From the NCBI RefSeq assembly GCF_009914755.1, contig NC_060934.1: a stretch of 64,000 nucleotides of DNA; one strand, given 5' to 3'. The first letter of the stretch is position 1. Every line of letters starts with the position of its first letter. The notes under the pieces are model-generated. The model worked only from the letters and a program-made list of their open reading frames with translations. It had not been told where the DNA came from and searched no databases. Shown piece after piece: positions 44,351-64,000 of this stretch. Position numbers and translations under genes: made by a program. The DNA comes from the human T2T-CHM13v2.0 reference genome, Homo sapiens.

Positions 44351-45152
44351 TGTGTCCACAATTGGTTCCTTCCAGTGAGTTCTTGATCTCGCTGACTTCA
44401 AGAATGAAGCCACGGACCCTCGCGGTGAGTGTTACAGTTCTTAAAGATGGTGTGTCCAAAGTTTCTTCCTTCTGGTGGGTTTGTGGTCTCGCTGACTTCA
44501 GGAGTGAAGCCACAGACCTTCACTGTGTGTGTTACAGCTCTTAAAGGTGGCACGTCCAGAGTTGTTTATTCCTCCTGGTGGGTTCGTGGTCTCGCTGACT
44601 TCAGGAGTGAAGCTGCACACCTTCGCAGTGAGTGTTACAGCTCATAAAGGTAGTGTGGACCCAAAGAGTGAGCAGCAGTAAGATTTATTGTGAAGAGTGA
44701 AAGAATAAAGCTTCCACAGTGTGGAAGGAGACCCGAGCGGGTTGCCCCTGCTGGCTTAGGTGGCCAGCTTTTATTCCCTTATTTGGCCCCACCCAGGTCC
44801 TGCTGACTGGTCCATTTTACAGAGTGCTGATTGGTGCGTTTACCATCCCTTAGCTAGGCACAGAGTGCTGATTGGTGCATTTACAATCCTTTAGCTAGAC
44901 ACAGAGTGCTGATTGGTGCGTTTTTACAGAGTGCTGATTGGTGTGTTTACAGTCCTTTAGCTAGACACAGAGCGCTGTTTGGTGCGGTTTTACAGAGTGA
45001 TGATTGGTGTGTTTACAGTCCTTTAGCTAGACACAGAGTGCTGATTGGTGCATTTTTAGACTGCTGATTGGTGCATTTACAATCCTCTAGCTAGACAGAA
45101 AATTTCTCCAAGTCCCCACCCGACCCAGAAGCCCAGCTGGTTTCACCTCTCA
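44351..45152 (-). mobile_element. Solo LTR12 (ERV9) LTR
   Basis: Minus strand runs TGAGAGGTGAAACCAGCTGG...GGACACA. Tandem GTGCTGATTGGTG repeats and three ~100-bp CTCGCTGACTTCA units. 4-bp TSD CTGT at 44347-44350 and 45153-45156. Confidence 0.93.
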
Positions 45153-45239
45153 CTGTCACTATGACTTGTCATTTGCATGAAAGCATTTTCCATTTTCCAT
45201 GTCCCTTCACCTCTTAGCTGTAGGGAGATGGAGGATTGA

Positions 45240-46038
<799 letters not shown>

Positions 46039-46104
46039 TAGTCCCTTATTTAGAAGTGGGGAGGTTGGTGCCTCCTTAGAAGTAATTCTTTTTTGCCACT
46101 GATG

Positions 46105-46290
46105 GTAACAGCTATGGTTTCTTGTTTCTGTTCTTTGTCCTTAGCAGTGTGCCCAGGTCTTTATGTCCAATCTCGCCAATTTCACAGATGAGGAAACGGA
46201 GGCTCAGAGGACTTATGTGCTAGGCGGAGCTGGGGTTGAAACCCAGTTCTGTCTAGTGCCGAAGCCTGTTTTCCTAACCACCAGACTCTC
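46105..46290 (-). mobile_element. MIR
   Basis: TTTCACAGATGAGGAAACGGAGGCTCAGAG core. Confidence 0.75.
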
Positions 46291-46384
46291 CTGCCTCCAG
46301 CTGCCTGCAGTGCTCCGTGGGGATCAAGAGGGTGCGCGTGGGGCTAGTCCAAATGGCAGGTGACTTTGAAAAATCCCTGTTTGA

Positions 46385-53040
<6,656 letters not shown>

Positions 53041-53043
53041 TTG

Positions 53044-54133
<1,090 letters not shown>

Positions 54134-54274
54134 TTTTGTTTTCAAAGAATATTCCATGTCACGGGGAAAGTTTCATAATATGGTGTTGTGTGAAAATAGA
54201 TACACTGGTTCTATTTTGAAATAAATACATATTTAAAATGAAACAGGAAGAAAATATGCCAAAATGTTAACTGG

Positions 54275-54429
54275 TTCCCTTCCCTCTCCTCCCCTCCCCT
54301 CTCCTCCCCTCCCCTCCCCTCCCCTCCCCTCCCCTTCCCTCTCCTCCCCTCCCCTCCCCTTCCCTCTCCTCCCCTCCCCTCCCCTTCCCTCTCCTCCCCT
54401 CCCTTCCCCTCCCCTTTCCTTTCCTTTCC

Positions 54430-54432
<3 letters not shown>
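54275..54432 (+). repeat. Polypyrimidine (CCCCT/CCCTT/CCTCT)n low-complexity tract
   Basis: About 155 bp of pure C/T, abutting the tail of an antisense Alu. Confidence 0.95.
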
Positions 54433-56665
<2,233 letters not shown>

Positions 56666-56756
56666 TTACAGAGCTGGGGCCAGCTGTGTTTATACTGAAC
56701 ATCAGGGCCAGGACCTAAGAATGGTGACAGGTGTGGGTGGCCACAAGGTATAGGCA

Positions 56757-57570
<814 letters not shown>

Positions 57571-57824
57571 TCAGAGGAATTACAGAATTGCCAAATTCTG
57601 TCATTTGGCTCCATGGCAGGGTCTACCTGCCCTGTGTCCTCTGCCCGTTAGAACATGTTTGGATAGGTCTCTGCCAGGGAGCTTTGATCTTTTCTGTGGC
57701 TGCAGCCAACAGCCAGACATCCTCTAAATGTCAGCCACTAGTCACAAGGACAGAAAGCCGACTGAGGGTGCGGGTGGACAAATTGGTGTAAATTCATTTC
57801 CACAGTCGGCAAAGCCAACCAAAG

Positions 57825-58018
57825 CACGTGGTCCACTGACAGTGATGTGGCAGCAAAGTCACTTGAACATGTGAAGACAAAGTGGGGTGGCTGTTGTTCT
57901 TCCCGGGCACTGATTAATCATGTAGGTGGGTAACTGTGTCGTGCTCCTCCGGAGGGCTGCAGCCAATGAGTTCAGGGGAGATTTATATAACTGCTCAGAC
58001 GGAGAGGAAGTCACTTCC
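57825..58018. promoter_or_regulatory. Candidate Pol II core promoter or enhancer
   Basis: E-box CACGTG at 57825, palindrome TGATTAATCA at 57911, AGCCAATGAG at 57961, TTTATATAA at 57982-57990, and inverted ETS pair GGAAGTCACTTCC at 58006-58018 containing Inr-like TCACTTC. Confidence 0.45.
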
Positions 58019-58349
58019 CTCTAGCTCCCAAATCCACTTGAGGCCACACACCCAGGCTTTCATAACTGCAGGCTTTCTACCTTGTGAACACTCCTCAGAA
58101 ACTGCAAAGGGCCCCCAATTAAAGGAGTGACTTCTGTGTGTCATTTCATGTATAGAGCATGATGCTTCTTCTAAAGCTCCCGGGATGACAGGGGACATCA
58201 GATGGGGCCACAGGCTGGTATTTGGGGCAGAACGCAACTGTCAAGGATATTGGGGAGAAAGACGAGGCTGATAAGAACAAGGGATTTCGAGTGACAGCCT
58301 GTGGGCGTCCTTCCGTTGTCAGCTCAGATCGGCCATAAAGCTGCTTTGA

Positions 58350-61052
<2,703 letters not shown>

Positions 61053-61077
61053 TGTCTTCAGTTTTTTGCATCGTACC

Positions 61078-62530
61078 TAAGTGTGGACTTTTACAAATTT
61101 ATGTTGCTTGGGATTTGCTGGGCTCTTAAAAACTGTGAGTTGATGTCTGCCATCAGCTCTGGAGAATTCCTGGCTATTATTTCTCCAAACATTGGCTTTG
61201 CTCCAGTATCTCATTCTTCTTTCTTTCTGTATGTCAATTAAATGTATGTTAGATCTTTTTAACACACTCTCCTTTTCATATTTTCCTTTGTTTTTTTTCT
61301 TTTCAAGCTGAATTCTGTATAGTTTTTTCTGACCTGTCTTCTGGTTCACTAATTCTCACTTCAGCCGAGATGATCTGCTATGAAGTCAGCCGTTGGCTTT
61401 TTAACTTCAATGACTGTATTTTTCAGTTTGAGAATTTCTAGTTGGCCATTTAAAAGATCTTTTATGTCATTTTCTATAGTTTCCTGTTGCTATAATTGTC
61501 AAGAGTAGCTTTTATGTTTCTGAAGGCGGTAAACAGAGTTGTTTTATGGCCTGTGTCTGAGAATTCTCATTTCTAAAGTCTCTGCGAGTTCGTTTGCACT
61601 CTTGGCTGTTCCTGCCATCCTAGCTCTTAATGCCTTGTTTTCTTTTTTCTCTTTTTTTTTTTTTTTGTGACGGAATCTTGCTCTGTCATCCAGGCTGGAG
61701 TACAGTAGTGTGATCTCTGCTCACTGCAACCTCCACCTCCCTGGCTCAAGCAATCCTCCTACCTCAGCCTCCTGAGTAGTTGGGATTACAGGTGCGTGCC
61801 ACCACACCCAGCTAATTTTGTATTTTTAGTAGAGACGGGGTTTCGCCATGTTGGCCAGGGTGGTCTCGAACTCCTGGCCTCAAGTGATCCACCTGCCTCA
61901 GCCTCCCAAAGTGCTGGGATTACAGGCTTGAGCTACCACGCTGGGCTGTGATGTCCTGCTTTCCTGAGTGCCTGAATTCTCTTAGGTGGTATCGGCCACT
62001 GCATATGTATGAATATATATATATGAATAATGGTGGAGTCTTCCAGAGAGGTTTTTAGCTGTGTCTGCCAGGCCTTGAGGCACCACCAGTCTGGAACCAC
62101 CTTAATCCAAGTTCAAAGTTTGAGACTCCCGGACCGCCCAGACGATCTGAACTTGACTGTGAGCCTGAGGGCTGCATACTTGCCCTTCTCCCCAACCCTG
62201 AGGAGCTTGCTTGACATGGGGAGTGGTGTATCTGGATCCCCAGCCTTGGCAGGTCCTGGGCTCTGAATTGTGTTCAAAGCCTGTGAGACTATGGAAAGAA
62301 TAGCTCATTTTCAAAGCTGTTTTTTTTTTTTTTTCTTTTTTTCCAGATTGACAAATGCCTTAGAATAAAAGCTCTGTGGGCTGGGCAAACCACTTCTGGG
62401 TTTGTCCTGGCCTTGATTTTGGCAGATGTTTCTTCGCTACCTTATTATCATTTTGATGCTCTTAAGAAAACTAAACAAATCTTTCAGCCAGCTTTTAAGT
62501 TGTCTTTCGTAGGAGGGTTGATCTAAATTA
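61078..62530 (-). mobile_element. Ancient L1 5'/ORF1 region with an inserted Alu (61640-61947)
   Basis: Minus-strand translation KRSNIHLIDI resembles the L1 ORF1p RRM entry motif; frames are broken. Confidence 0.6.
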
Positions 62531-62901
62531 CTTAACCTGCTATTGGCAAAGGGAAAAGTACCAGGTGACCTAGGTTCAAATCCTAGGTGTGTCTATCACT
62601 TCCAGCTGGCTGATGTCAGCCAAGTTTGTTTCCTCATCTGTCTGATGCACACAGTAAACCCTACCTACTTGACTGTGTGGCTGTGCAATTTAAAAGTGAA
62701 CATTGTTTTTTGTAAAGGGGTGTACTCACAGGTTTGTTTATTGTTTATGTCCCACACTAGAATGTCAACTCCAAAAGAATGTCACTTCACTGGTATTTCC
62801 CCAACAATGCCTGATACATAGTAGATGCTCAATCAACATGGACTATAGGAAGGGTTACTTTGTAAAGATAATCAAGTACTTACCCAGGATACATGTATGT
62901 A

Positions 62902-63774
<873 letters not shown>

Positions 63775-64000
63775 TGAAACTTTTTTTTTTAAACCAAGCT
63801 TTGAACTTGGACTAAGGTGGTTCCAGAATGGTGATGCCCCAAGGCTTGGCAGATACAGCTAAAAAAAAAAAAACCCCAAAAACAAAAAACAAAACAAAAA
63901 AATCCCAACATGTATTTAAAGATAAAACCATATCAGAAAACTGCACTCTTGGGGATCAAGATCAAATCTTCATATCAGCATCTACTGTGCAGAAGATCCT

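Noticed and set aside
44388-45075. Regularly spaced repeats (three ~100-bp CTCGCTGACTTCA units; GTGCTGATTGGTG array) resembling a CRISPR array
   Set aside because: They are intrinsic LTR12 U5/U3 tandem repeats. The spacers are homologous to each other, the context is eukaryotic, and there are no cas genes.

Overview
Primate (very likely human) genomic DNA that is non-coding and extremely Alu-rich: about 110 Alu elements or fragments by eye, covering roughly half of the 64 kb. I find no credible protein-coding exon, RNA gene or CRISPR array. Almost every ORF in the supplied track is an Alu-, LTR- or low-complexity reading frame, and many start at GTG/TTG. The only real protein homology is a 5'-truncated LINE-1 ORF2 (RT FADD motif plus C-terminal CCHC) at 18.8-20.6 kb and a decayed L1 ORF1 at about 61.2 kb. 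Five solo LTRs are present: MER41A-like, LTR47-like, THE1, LTR12 and MST. Four of them have readable target-site duplications (TSDs). Older L1, MIR, L3 and hAT relics are also present. The most interesting observations are: (i) an AluY plus L1PA unit with a short 3' extension inside a single TSD pair; (ii) a zero-spacer inverted-Alu fusion that looks like a deletion scar; (iii) three target sites re-used by successive Alu insertions; (iv) a 56-bp templated local duplication; (v) repeat-free islands with a CArG/TEAD/AP-1 cluster (6.0 kb) and a CCAAT-TATA-Inr/ETS core-promoter-like cluster (58.0 kb). I cannot name the host locus, and I see no evidence for a new multi-gene system. Repeat subfamily names are from recall of consensus sequences and need RepeatMasker/Dfam confirmation. 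Alu boundaries are approximate.
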